Source of the DNA: a virus | IMG/VR virus record: IMGVR_UViG_3300045988_038540 | Strand: one strand, 5' to 3' | DNA: 39,582 nt | Made by a program: the position numbers and the translations under genes | In this document: piece by piece, positions 23,488-32,075 of the stretch | Numbering within the stretch: the first letter of the stretch is position 1 | Layout of the letters: each line of letters opens with the position of its first letter | Notes under the pieces: model-generated | The model's input: the letters and a program-made list of their open reading frames with translations, nothing else | Told to the model about the DNA's origin: nothing | The model's database searches: none

Positions 23488-24690
23488 TCACCTCCGTGCG
23501 TACAGCGGAATATAAGTCTCCTTCCCGACTTTATGCCGGAGAATAGTCATCACAAAATATCTTGTATCGTCCATAGCGTGGTCGTTTTCTTTGATGGGCC
23601 TGTCCTCTGTGGACTCTTCATCCCATCTATATAGGCCAAATTCCCGGATCGCGTCCTTACAGGACCGATGGATCTTGACCGTTCCGTCCTGCAAGTATCT
23701 GGCTGTTGTCATGATCCCCGGCAAAACATCATTGACGGCCTTTTTGACGGTGAACCGCTTATGCCGCCGGATGACTTCAATAAAACTGGCAGCAGAAGGG
23801 TCCACAACGGCTGATTTTACGGGCAAATCTCCGGCCAGCTTCTCCAGCTCCATGTAATATTCCTCGTCTGTCTTGTTGGAGCACTCGTCCCGTCCCGAAT
23901 AGTAATACTCCCGTATCCTGGTTGCAGTTTTCCCGTCCCAGCACCACAAACCAGCGGAAAAGGGGTTCAGTGTTCCATAGTCGCAGGATATGTAATACTC
24001 GCCCCTGTCTGGAACCGCGTCCACGATGTTGCTCTCCCCAAACATGGGGTAGATCAGTCCCTCAGCCAGCGCCCACTGTCCCAAAATATAACGGTCATAA
24101 AAAACCGTGCCACGATACTCCCGTTTTAGGTTCTCCACAAAAGCCTCCGGGAGAAACGGATTATCGTCAATGGTATATGTCTGGCTAAAAATATCCGCTT
24201 TACTGTCCAGAAACACTTTCAACCAGTGATTCGGCCCCTGCGGATTATAAGTGCCGTCAAAGCACGAATACGCCTTATCCAGACGGCTTTTCAGCAGCTC
24301 AAAGACTTCCTGGCTCCAGTCCGCCACCTCGTCTCCATAGCAGTATTTGATTGATGCACCGCGGATTTTTGATACCTGCGTTACTTTTTCCGCTCCAAGA
24401 CAGTAGCACTTTTCCCCAAATATCCACGCCGTATTGTCGCTGGAAATCGTGCCAACAAGATCGTCACCATAGATCGTTCGCATAGGCTCAAGTACATTCC
24501 GCTCAATGGTAGATTTAGTGACACCAAGAATAACCGTCAGACCGTCCTTGCCAACACGCTCCCGGATGCGGATTGGGATGATCCACCGGAAATCAAGGTA
24601 GGTTTTCCCGCTGCGGGTGGCCCCTCCCTTAAAATTCCAGCGGTGATGCCCCTCCCGGACAAATTCAGTTTGTTTCGGACTTAACAGCAT
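23488..24690 (-). CDS. terL: Terminase large subunit (PBSX/Terminase_3-like)
   Basis: Walker A GGATRSGKT; nuclease-half acidic motifs; overlaps terS. Confidence 0.9.
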   Translation of the reverse strand: MLLSPKQTEFVREGHHRWNFKGGATRSGKTYLDFRWIIPIRIRERVGKDGLTVILGVTKSTIERNVLEPMRTIYGDDLVGTISSDNTAWIFGEKCYCLGAEKVTQVSKIRGASIKYCYGDEVADWSQEVFELLKSRLDKAYSCFDGTYNPQGPNHWLKVFLDSKADIFSQTYTIDDNPFLPEAFVENLKREYRGTVFYDRYILGQWALAEGLIYPMFGESNIVDAVPDRGEYYISCDYGTLNPFSAGLWCWDGKTATRIREYYYSGRDECSNKTDEEYYMELEKLAGDLPVKSAVVDPSAASFIEVIRRHKRFTVKKAVNDVLPGIMTTARYLQDGTVKIHRSCKDAIREFGLYRWDEESTEDRPIKENDHAMDDTRYFVMTILRHKVGKETYIPLYARR

Positions 24691-25084
24691 CCTTAAACTC
24701 CTTCAACAAACCATCCAACTTGTTCAAACTGTCGTTTCCGCTGGCTGTGTTCTTTGTGGCCTTGTCAACGATGATCCCGAAAGAAGTGGCGATTTGAGAC
24801 AAACCGGCATCACTTATCTTTTCCGGGTCTGTCAGCGCCATCAGGTGGAGGTCGATGGCCTCCTGCATCTTTTCCTTGCGCGTCTCCATAAAGGCCAGCA
24901 TATCAAGTGTATTCTGCTTCTTTTTTTGTTGCGCCTTTTGGGCGAATCCTTCGCACTTTAGCACTATCCGCTTCACAGTATCTTTGGAAACCCCATTGAT
25001 TTTTGCTGTGGCGTTATAGCTCTCGGTCTCCAGATAATCAGCCACTATTTTCTTTTTCTGCTTATCCGTCAGCCGTGCAGCCAT
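24665..25084 (-). CDS. terS: Terminase small subunit
   Basis: N-terminal HTH (YNATAKINGVSKDTVKRIV); directly upstream of terL. Confidence 0.75.
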   Translation of the reverse strand: MAARLTDKQKKKIVADYLETESYNATAKINGVSKDTVKRIVLKCEGFAQKAQQKKKQNTLDMLAFMETRKEKMQEAIDLHLMALTDPEKISDAGLSQIATSFGIIVDKATKNTASGNDSLNKLDGLLKEFKDAVKSETN

Positions 25085-25349
25085 GTCACCACCTCAATCA
25101 AAAATTCCCCGTACCCGACCCTCCCATCTTTTCAGCGAGACGGGCACGCCCTATTTGGCGCCGCATGGAGGGCGCGACCCTCCGGCCCTGATCGTGGGCT
25201 GCATCGTGCTGCGGCATATTTGAAGGGAGTCCCCCGGCAGGAAACATACGAGAGAGGCTCTCCTTTCTGTTTAATATCTGCTTACTAGATACCCTGCCGG
25301 GGGAGTGGGTTGTCCTTTGGGCCGTGGTTGGTCACAGCCCGAAAGGGGA
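25085..25349 (-). promoter_or_regulatory. GC-rich, highly structured 265-nt leader upstream of terS
   Basis: 12-bp long-range stem TCCCCCGGCAGG/CCTGCCGGGGGA (25229..25240 / 25293..25304), GGAGGG/CCCTCC and GCCGCA/TGCGGC stems. Confidence 0.5.
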
Positions 25350-25390
25350 GGAAAAAGAAGGAGCATGGGGAAGTCACTCCCTCATGCTCC
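25350..25390 (-). terminator. Rho-independent terminator between the early region and the packaging operon
   Basis: GGAGCAUGAGGGA-gugacu-UCCCCAUGCUCC followed by UUCUUUUUCC on the minus strand. Confidence 0.7.
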
Positions 25391-25464
25391 ATTGTCGCAT
25401 AGATGGCGCTTTTTGCTCATAAAACTTTATGAATATCTGATATTCTTTGTGAGACCATGAAGAG

Positions 25465-25677
25465 TTACTCGTCCTCCATTTTACACAGCTCGTCCAAACT
25501 AATGTGATAATATGCCGCAATCAATTTTAAAGCTGTCATCTTCGGTTCGACCTCTCCTCGCTCATATTTCCGAAGCGCATCCGGGCTTAACCCCATCAGT
25601 TGTGATGTAACTGTCATACTCCGAACTGGCCGCATGGACTCCCGCAACTTTCTCAGCCTTTCCGGGAACTCACCCAT
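25465..25677 (-). CDS. XRE-family HTH protein, 70 aa
   Basis: ATG at 25677 is 5 nt after AAGGAGGA; FPERLRKLRE...QLMGLSPDALRKYERGEVEP...L. Confidence 0.75.
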   Translation of the reverse strand: MGEFPERLRKLRESMRPVRSMTVTSQLMGLSPDALRKYERGEVEPKMTALKLIAAYYHISLDELCKMEDE

Positions 25678-25846
25678 CCATATCCTCCTTCTTAATCCAC
25701 CACCGTCCCGCGCAGCGGTGGGCGGTAACGCAGGCGGTGGAAATCTGGCAGGGGCGAACACCAACATCCTCTGCTGCAGATTTGATCGACGGATACTCCT
25801 TCCGCTGGCCGTGACGATCAATAGAGATCACTTCGGTTTCGGTCAT
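25670..25846 (-). CDS. Small DNA-binding-like protein, 58 aa (NUMOD1/sigma-r4-like pattern)
   Basis: Not in the track; ATGA coupling upstream, stop overlaps the next start; YPSIKSAAEDVGVRPCQISTAC...GRWW. Confidence 0.45.
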   Translation of the reverse strand: MTETEVISIDRHGQRKEYPSIKSAAEDVGVRPCQISTACVTAHRCAGRWWIKKEDMDG

Positions 25847-26082
25847 TGTCTACCTCCCTCATGCTGTCCGCCCTCCCCGTCTCGCCTGTTCCATTTTTCG
25901 GTGATGCTCCTGACCGCTTCGCCCATATCAAAGCAGCAATTCGCCATCGGGTTTGCATAAATGCGCGTTTCTAGTCCGCACTCTGTGCATACGATAGAAA
26001 ACTCTGCAACAGAAACCATAGTATTCAGTTTACAGAGCATTACTTCTCCGCCGCAATGCGGGCAGTTCTTTAGCTTAAGCAT
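25843..26082 (-). CDS. Lar-family (restriction alleviation-like) zinc-ribbon protein
   Basis: LKNCPHCGG...VCTECG...AVRSITEKWNRR. Confidence 0.6.
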   Translation of the reverse strand: MLKLKNCPHCGGEVMLCKLNTMVSVAEFSIVCTECGLETRIYANPMANCCFDMGEAVRSITEKWNRRDGEGGQHEGGRQ

Positions 26083-26464
26083 GATTGCCCCCCTCCCCGT
26101 CGTGGATGGAACCGATGACTTCCCAATTACCGCCGTGAATGCAATATCCGCTTGTGTACGGTTCTCCCAAAAAACCCTTTTCTATGTCATCTTCCCATAC
26201 AACTGGTTCGTCATAAACTTTATGCTTTCCGTAGTAATCGGTTTCTCGTCTTACAACATCCCCATCAAAAATCTTCTTCCCGTTCTTGTCGGTCAGACCG
26301 GTGTACTGGCAGACCGTGGAGGGGTCGACCTCGTACTTGTTTAGGACATCTGGAATATAGTCCTCGCAACAGATAAATGCTGTGCCGTCCTTGTATGTAA
26401 TCAGACTTCCTTCCACCCACGCACCATTATCCAGCCGCTTGGCTTTGAAAAGGATTTCTCTCAT
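26075..26464 (-). CDS. YopX-family protein
   Basis: MREILFKAKRLDNGAWVEG...QYTGLTDKNGKKIFDGDVV. Confidence 0.75.
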   Translation of the reverse strand: MREILFKAKRLDNGAWVEGSLITYKDGTAFICCEDYIPDVLNKYEVDPSTVCQYTGLTDKNGKKIFDGDVVRRETDYYGKHKVYDEPVVWEDDIEKGFLGEPYTSGYCIHGGNWEVIGSIHDGEGGNHA

Positions 26465-27192
26465 TGGGCACCTCCGATGATCTCGTCAAGGGTGACGGTT
26501 TCGTCGGGACGGAGAGAGGGGAACATCCCTTTCTCCAGGCCAACAAAGAACCACCCATTATTATCTCGCATAGGGCAATCTACCATTGCAGGCCGCCCCA
26601 GTTCGTCTTTTTGGATATGTGTAAAATTTGGAAATGTTCCAGAACAGAACATCCTCTTGATATTCTTTGCGTCCTCCACCTCCTGCTGCGTCCAGCGGGG
26701 CTTGCGGATGATGCGGTCGGGGTAGTTGATAAGGTCTAATGCAATGCAGTCTTGAACGTCCCCATCTTTGTCTTCTATGAGCCCTTCCGGGGTAATGTGA
26801 TATGGATTGCAGTACGAATCTGCAATGTAGAATTGTTCTCCCACATCGAACCCCAGCACCTCACAAATTCTCGGCTTGTCCATGTTGGCCTCCTTCCTTT
26901 TCACCCAATTTTTGCACCCTTCCTGTGGGTCAAAGTCCTTCTCAATTTCACACCCAATGCAGTTAAAACAAGTGCGTGGTTCATCATCCTCCACCACCTC
27001 ATAGCCCATCAGGCGAGCGGCTTCGTGAGGGTTGGCTCTTACGTATTCATGACACGGCCTCTTTGTCCCTGCGTATTGCTGCACGGGTTCCCGAAGCTCG
27101 CAATAGTCGCAATCTTTTTTGCTATCGCAAAACTGCTCTAATGCCTGTTCAATGGTAAGTGCGACTTCGCCCGTCTTACTCCGAAACCTCAT
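26461..27192 (-). CDS. Hypothetical Cys-rich protein, 243 aa
   Basis: Start MRFRSK at 27192 just after the end of the upstream gene. Confidence 0.55.
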   Translation of the reverse strand: MRFRSKTGEVALTIEQALEQFCDSKKDCDYCELREPVQQYAGTKRPCHEYVRANPHEAARLMGYEVVEDDEPRTCFNCIGCEIEKDFDPQEGCKNWVKRKEANMDKPRICEVLGFDVGEQFYIADSYCNPYHITPEGLIEDKDGDVQDCIALDLINYPDRIIRKPRWTQQEVEDAKNIKRMFCSGTFPNFTHIQKDELGRPAMVDCPMRDNNGWFFVGLEKGMFPSLRPDETVTLDEIIGGAQ

Positions 27193-27628
27193 GGGCGGCC
27201 TCCTCAAAATGGATTCTCCCGCAGTTGTCATACCGCATCTGCTTGTCCTGTACGCCTCTCAGAATGATGTACGCCCGCCGGAGTTGGTCAATGTCGAAGT
27301 ACCCGAAATGGCAATCCTCGATTGGTATTTCCATCTCATGGGCCAGCCAGCGGTAAAGGTCGTTGCGCTTCTTGTGGGCCTTTGGCTTTCCCTGCCAGAG
27401 CGGGTCAAAGAGAGCGTGACACATCTTTTTCCCTGTCCGCATCGGTTCGTCAGCCAACAGACCCAGGGCTTCCCGTGGGCGGGGCTTATGCGTCCCTACA
27501 TAGGCCCCGCACTGCTCACAGAGGTAGCAATATCCGCTTCCGTACTCCCGTCCATAGACACGGGCATTAGAACCATAGGTCACACGCCCGCCGCAGATAT
27601 TACAGCGGGTCGGATGGGTGTTTATCAT
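27176..27628 (-). CDS. Zinc-finger protein (DUF3268-like pattern)
   Basis: CNICGG...CEQCG pairs near the N-terminus. Confidence 0.5.
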   Translation of the reverse strand: MINTHPTRCNICGGRVTYGSNARVYGREYGSGYCYLCEQCGAYVGTHKPRPREALGLLADEPMRTGKKMCHALFDPLWQGKPKAHKKRNDLYRWLAHEMEIPIEDCHFGYFDIDQLRRAYIILRGVQDKQMRYDNCGRIHFEEAAHEVSE

Positions 27629-27914
27629 GCTCGGCCTCCCTTCGCTGGCCCCAAGAGCAAAAATGTTCGTCTCCGTCGTGGTCTAAGTATGAGTGATGAT
27701 GGATTTCGCATAGCATCCGCTTGCCAGTTTCCCATTCGTCGCAGATTTTGTAGTATATGCACTCCCGGCACCTGACCACAGGCACGGCGTCGATGGTGGG
27801 GGCATGACAAATCAAATTAAGAAAATTACGGTTACAGTTACGTTCAATGCCAGTTGCCCCTTTATATTGTTTCTCAACTTCGTCATAAATCATGTCAACA
27901 TCAGCTAATCTCAT
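27600..27914 (-). CDS. Hypothetical Cys/His-rich protein
   Basis: Start MRLADVD at 27914 chosen to minimise overlap. Confidence 0.5.
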   Translation of the reverse strand: MRLADVDMIYDEVEKQYKGATGIERNCNRNFLNLICHAPTIDAVPVVRCRECIYYKICDEWETGKRMLCEIHHHSYLDHDGDEHFCSWGQRREAEHDKHPSDPL

Positions 27915-28188
27915 GCCCGTCCTCCTCGTCCATGCGAGCGCCGCACGTTGGACAGTATGGCATATTCTCAAATGTTAGCGGCTGTGTTCCAGCACAAACA
28001 GAGCACCTAACTCTTGAAATGATTCCGCTTGCGGTTGAAACCCTTTCCCATCTTCCGTGCCTCACCTCCGCAACGTCGGCGGCGGGGATACGAGTTATCA
28101 CATCATTGGCACACTGGCAATACCCCAATGCCCTTATCAGCGCGTTCAGCGCAGTTACCCTCTCGATGTACTCCTTCATTCGCTCCAC
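27901..28188 (-). CDS. Hypothetical zinc-ribbon protein, 95 aa
   Basis: CSVC...CPTCG. Confidence 0.55.
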   Translation of the reverse strand: MERMKEYIERVTALNALIRALGYCQCANDVITRIPAADVAEVRHGRWERVSTASGIISRVRCSVCAGTQPLTFENMPYCPTCGARMDEEDGHEIS

Positions 28189-28439
28189 CTCCGTTCGTGA
28201 TCGTCCACAATCCGTTGAATGATTTCCAACTCTTCATCTGTCAGCGTCCGGTTCCACGCAATGGAGAAATCGCCCGTACACCGATTCGGGCAGGCCGTAC
28301 ACTCGCAACGGTTGGCGTTGCTGGTATCATTCACCCTGAATGGGCAGCTGTGGTTATAGCAGTCAGTTCTAATCCCTAATTCCCGTTCGACAAATTCAAA
28401 TGTGGCGGAGGACTTTCTTCCCGTAACCCAACATGCCAA
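28176..28439 (-). CDS. Hypothetical Cys-rich protein; start uncertain (64-nt overlap with the upstream gene)
   Basis: CPFRVN...CECTACPNRC...IAWNRT. Confidence 0.45.
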   Translation of the reverse strand: MACWVTGRKSSATFEFVERELGIRTDCYNHSCPFRVNDTSNANRCECTACPNRCTGDFSIAWNRTLTDEELEIIQRIVDDHERRWSE

Positions 28440-28633
28440 TACGGTTGTCCTCCCATCTCCCGCAGCTGCTCGATGGTTAGCGGCTCGTTCGGCGGGGACA
28501 GTGCGGTGATTGCCATATCAAGCGCCTGAACATCAAGGTCAAAAACATAGCTTCCAGATTCGTCGCATTCCGCCATCCCTTCACAATATTTCTTCAGTCC
28601 TGTAAGTTGAGTGATTGCCTCTTTCACGTCCAT
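28376..28633 (-). CDS. Hypothetical protein, 85 aa
   Basis: ATG at 28633 after AAGGAGGGG. Confidence 0.55.
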   Translation of the reverse strand: MDVKEAITQLTGLKKYCEGMAECDESGSYVFDLDVQALDMAITALSPPNEPLTIEQLREMGGQPYWHVGLREESPPPHLNLSNGN

Positions 28634-28635
28634 CC

Positions 28636-28995
28636 TCACCCCTCCTTTCCCGGCGGCTCCGGAAGGGGCATCCACCACAAGACAACAGCATCTTCCCAGT
28701 CCAGATATTCATCGATGATCCAGCCGTCAGCCTTATTCCACGATCCAAGCTGATACGCCTCCTCCAGTGTGATGTTCGGCCTCGGCTTCCCGCTCACGAT
28801 ACACAACACGGACTTATGTTCTGCCGGCATGGCATTTTCCGCGCTCACCCACTCGTTCGGCAGGGTGAGGGTGGGCATAGAGCGCACCTTGTCCAGAAAT
28901 ACCTCCCCGATCTGCACGGTTGCTGGATGGCACGCTTGGTCAATTATCTTTTCGCACCATCTTTTAAGTGCGTCTCCGTCAATCGCCCTTGCCAT
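28636..28995 (-). CDS. DUF551-like protein
   Basis: NEWVSAENAMP...VLWWMPLPEPP C-terminal signature. Confidence 0.6.
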   Translation of the reverse strand: MARAIDGDALKRWCEKIIDQACHPATVQIGEVFLDKVRSMPTLTLPNEWVSAENAMPAEHKSVLCIVSGKPRPNITLEEAYQLGSWNKADGWIIDEYLDWEDAVVLWWMPLPEPPGKEG

Positions 28996-29221
28996 TTTTC
29001 AGCGCCTCCTCAGTCGCAATCGTCTCAATTACCGGAACGACCTCAAAATCTCTGTCCCACGAAGAACAGCCGCTTCTAGCCTGCGCCTCAGAACGATAGG
29101 TCTTGACGGAAACGTCTTTTATTTCCGATATGGGGCGAAAACTAAAATGCTTTGCTAGACCGCACCAGACCTCTGTTCTGTTTTTCCGCATGACCACATA
29201 GCGCTTGCGCTCAATCCGCAT
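28979..29221 (-). CDS. Hypothetical protein, 80 aa
   Basis: Clean ORF in the operon. Confidence 0.5.
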   Translation of the reverse strand: MRIERKRYVVMRKNRTEVWCGLAKHFSFRPISEIKDVSVKTYRSEAQARSGCSSWDRDFEVVPVIETIATEEALKNGKGD

Positions 29222-29582
29222 CGTTCAGGACCTCCATCCTTTTCACCACCATCTCCACGGCTTCGTCCGTCATGGGTGCGCCGCAGTGGGGGCAGAAATT
29301 TTCATCTTTCACATAAAGGGCTATCGCAAATGCTTCGTGCCCACACTTTGAGCATTTAACAACAGCAAAGTGGTCTGTTTCGGTTGTATGGCTATAATTC
29401 CACTCACCCCTCCACACCTTCTCCACCTGCTCCCGGCTGACGGGGCGGAGGGCGGAGAGTGCAACCTTGACGGCCTCCCTAAGATGTGGATTTATGTATG
29501 CTTCCTCAACTCCGTTGATATAATGAATGCCTACATAGCCGTCTGCACGTTCCAGTGCTCTAATTGCTTCTTCCCGCGTCAT
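29211..29582 (-). CDS. Hypothetical zinc-ribbon protein, 123 aa
   Basis: ATGA-coupled start at 29582; CSKCG...CPHCG. Confidence 0.55.
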   Translation of the reverse strand: MTREEAIRALERADGYVGIHYINGVEEAYINPHLREAVKVALSALRPVSREQVEKVWRGEWNYSHTTETDHFAVVKCSKCGHEAFAIALYVKDENFCPHCGAPMTDEAVEMVVKRMEVLNDAD

Positions 29583-29986
29583 GGCTGGGCCTCCTTCAAC
29601 GAATCGCACCAACGAAGAAATGCCCGCAGAATAGGGTTGGTGTTTCCCTGGTCTGCCCATCCAGCGAATCCAATAAACCCGTCTGCATTGAAGCTGATAC
29701 ATTCGCGCTGTGTGAAATAGTGACTGTTCATGTACAGGAAGCACGTTATAATGCTCCCGTCAGGTCTTTTCTTTACATTGATTTTTTCGCTCAACCGCAT
29801 ATTTCCAGTGCTTGTCTCTCTGTTTTTGTTCGCCTTTTTAAGCTCTTGATTGAGCATCAGCACGAGAGATAAAATATCGCCGTCATTTATGTCCCTATAT
29901 GTAAGGCCACAGTTGGAAAAGTATTCTCTCGCCTCATTCGTCGAGCAAACAGGCTGTATATCCTTTTGCCGAATGTATTCAGCCAT
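29579..29986 (-). CDS. Hypothetical protein, 135 aa
   Basis: Clean ORF; ISFNADGFIGFAGWADQGN motif not recognised. Confidence 0.55.
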   Translation of the reverse strand: MAEYIRQKDIQPVCSTNEAREYFSNCGLTYRDINDGDILSLVLMLNQELKKANKNRETSTGNMRLSEKINVKKRPDGSIITCFLYMNSHYFTQRECISFNADGFIGFAGWADQGNTNPILRAFLRWCDSLKEAQP

Positions 29987-30275
29987 TCTTCATCCCCTCC
30001 AGCATCTCCATCTCCTCCGCGCTCAGAATCGGCGCGCGGGTGTTCCAGGCTAGGCTGGCCATTTCTGGCGAAAAACATAAACCAGATGTCGCGCAGCAAG
30101 TACCGCATACAACTGTGTACGCCCATTTCCTGCCCATACTGTCTGGCTCACACTCATAATCAACCGATATGTATGCTTGCTTTCCACAGTGAGCACACGC
30201 CAGCAGCACCCCCGCATCCGTCAGCCGCTTGGCCGCCTCATGGTCGCCCAGCAGGGCGCGCTTGACATCATTCAT
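29979..30275 (-). CDS. Lar-family-like zinc-ribbon protein
   Basis: CAHCG...VCGTCC...ASLAWNTRAP. Confidence 0.5.
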   Translation of the reverse strand: MNDVKRALLGDHEAAKRLTDAGVLLACAHCGKQAYISVDYECEPDSMGRKWAYTVVCGTCCATSGLCFSPEMASLAWNTRAPILSAEEMEMLEGMKNG

Positions 30276-31344
30276 AAAATCCCTCCAGCCTTATTTGATC
30301 GGCATTTCTTTGCAGGCTTTTCATCTGTTCCCTATAGGCTAAAAACTGCCTTGTGTACTCGTATGACTGCCCGAAGACAGCCTCCATTGCTCTATACCGC
30401 TTGGGTTCAAACTCATGGACAAGATCAATCTCCTGTTCAAAATCTTTTCCAAACGGGCAGCCAGCACAACCTGTACGCTTCATACCCCACAATTCGTAGC
30501 AGTCTGACCTGATGATTCCGGCCCATTTCCGATATGCCTCTTTTTCCGCATCTCCCCACCAAAAGACTGGACGGTAGTTGTCGGGGCCACAAAAAATCTC
30601 GTCATAACACGATTTATAGGCGCTGCTCCGTGTTCCACCCTCTTTTTTGCGGATACCAGTGATGTTAAGGTCGTAATCTCCAATTAAAAGTTCCTTGTGT
30701 GCGGGCACCTTTTTTGAATACTCGCAGCACTTGGCTGAAATCCTAAAATCTGGTGGGTTCTGCCGGATAAACTCCTTCAGACCTTTGACATACGCAATGT
30801 TAAACCTAGATTCTCTCCCGTTAGCTGTCTTGAAATCATTGCACCACCACCTGAGCGCTGAGCGGCATCCAGGATATCTGTCGAGCAACACTTCCAGCGG
30901 CTTATCCTCCCATTGGAACCCGTGTTTCTGGAGCCGATAAATCATGCTGGACACATACTTGGACCAGAACGGAACCCCATAATCTCGGCAACAACTCGGG
31001 ATTGCCTTTTGGGGAAAAAGTCGCTTGATCTGGATGCCATAACGCTCTTTGAGGCGCATCAAATGCTCTTTCGTAGCGTCATATTCCAGACCTGTGTCGT
31101 TAAACACAAATGTTGTTTTAGCCCGGCCTCCACACCGAATGACCAAGTCCAGAACAATATCGCTGTCATAGCCCCCAGAAACCGAGCACATGACCTTCTC
31201 GTGCTGCTTTATAGTGTAGTAGCATTTCTGTGCTGTGTTTTGGATTTCAAAAATCTGCGGCCAGTTAGATAAATCAGGTACACCATAGATATCTAGCTTG
31301 ATCTCACTGATTTTTTTCTCCTGAAAAAGCGTTATTTCCTCCAC
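30268..31344 (-). CDS. PAPS-reductase-family (PP-loop ATPase) protein with a Cys-rich C-terminal region
   Basis: VSGGYDSDIV PP-loop (SGGxDS); later CAGCPFG. Confidence 0.75.
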   Translation of the reverse strand: MEEITLFQEKKISEIKLDIYGVPDLSNWPQIFEIQNTAQKCYYTIKQHEKVMCSVSGGYDSDIVLDLVIRCGGRAKTTFVFNDTGLEYDATKEHLMRLKERYGIQIKRLFPQKAIPSCCRDYGVPFWSKYVSSMIYRLQKHGFQWEDKPLEVLLDRYPGCRSALRWWCNDFKTANGRESRFNIAYVKGLKEFIRQNPPDFRISAKCCEYSKKVPAHKELLIGDYDLNITGIRKKEGGTRSSAYKSCYDEIFCGPDNYRPVFWWGDAEKEAYRKWAGIIRSDCYELWGMKRTGCAGCPFGKDFEQEIDLVHEFEPKRYRAMEAVFGQSYEYTRQFLAYREQMKSLQRNADQIRLEGFYE

Positions 31345-31586
31345 TGCTCTTCCTTCTTCCCTTTACCTTGTTCCAGCGGGCAGCGCTCGATGGCGTATGT
31401 AGTCACCCAATGCTTTACGCCGCCCTGGCATCTGCCGACAACAAACGTCCGTTTCTTGGCCGTCCAGCCCGGTACTGGCTTTCCCTCGCGCAGCCATGGA
31501 CACTTGCTGATTGGGAGGCAGCAATCCATGCAGGGGTTAGCAGAGTAACGGCGGATGGGGACCAGGTATTGTTCAAGTTCGCCCAT
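31332..31586 (-). CDS. Hypothetical Cys-rich protein, 84 aa
   Basis: CMDCC...CPW... Confidence 0.5.
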   Translation of the reverse strand: MGELEQYLVPIRRYSANPCMDCCLPISKCPWLREGKPVPGWTAKKRTFVVGRCQGGVKHWVTTYAIERCPLEQGKGKKEEQWRK

Positions 31587-31953
31587 AGGGCCTTACCTCC
31601 ACCTGTATGCTATCGTTTTCCCAAAATTCATGGGACACTTTCCGCACCCATTCCCGGTTGTCGTCCGGCAGTATGTAGCCTTTCATGGCGTCTAAAAATG
31701 CCTTGCCCATGGCGGCATGATTGTCCACGTCCAGACCATCGTTCCAGCGAAAAATGACTTCGACAGGGCCTTTGACGAACTGTTTTCGAATATGTGCCTT
31801 TTTCATGGACCACAGCGCCAGAGAGTGGAGTTCTTCCGCGTCCCGCTTCCGCTGCGACCAATGCTTCCCGGCATAATACGCATTCAGGCCAAACCGCTTG
31901 TTCCAGGCCGCTTTTCCCCTTTTGGTGGACGGATACGGAATTTCAAAAATCAA
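31573..31953 (-). CDS. rusA: RusA-like Holliday junction resolvase
   Basis: TTG start 7 nt after AAGGAGGA; LDVDNHAAMGKAFLDAMKGYILPDDN matches RusA DxDN...D..K....DD. Confidence 0.7.
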   Translation of the reverse strand: MIFEIPYPSTKRGKAAWNKRFGLNAYYAGKHWSQRKRDAEELHSLALWSMKKAHIRKQFVKGPVEVIFRWNDGLDVDNHAAMGKAFLDAMKGYILPDDNREWVRKVSHEFWENDSIQVEVRPYGRT

Positions 31954-32075
31954 ATTTCCATCCTCCTTGCCAGCTCTTTCAGGGCTGCCTCGTATTCGTC
32001 CGGCGGCAATCCCTGGAGCTTTTTCTTCTCCCGCTCATAGGCGGCCCAGTCAGCGTTCCCAGCCATAGACTCCAT
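31950..32075 (-). CDS. Small hypothetical protein, 41 aa
   Basis: Not in the track; AAGGGAG 6 nt upstream; stop overlaps the rusA TTG start. Confidence 0.4.
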   Translation of the reverse strand: MESMAGNADWAAYEREKKKLQGLPPDEYEAALKELARRMEI

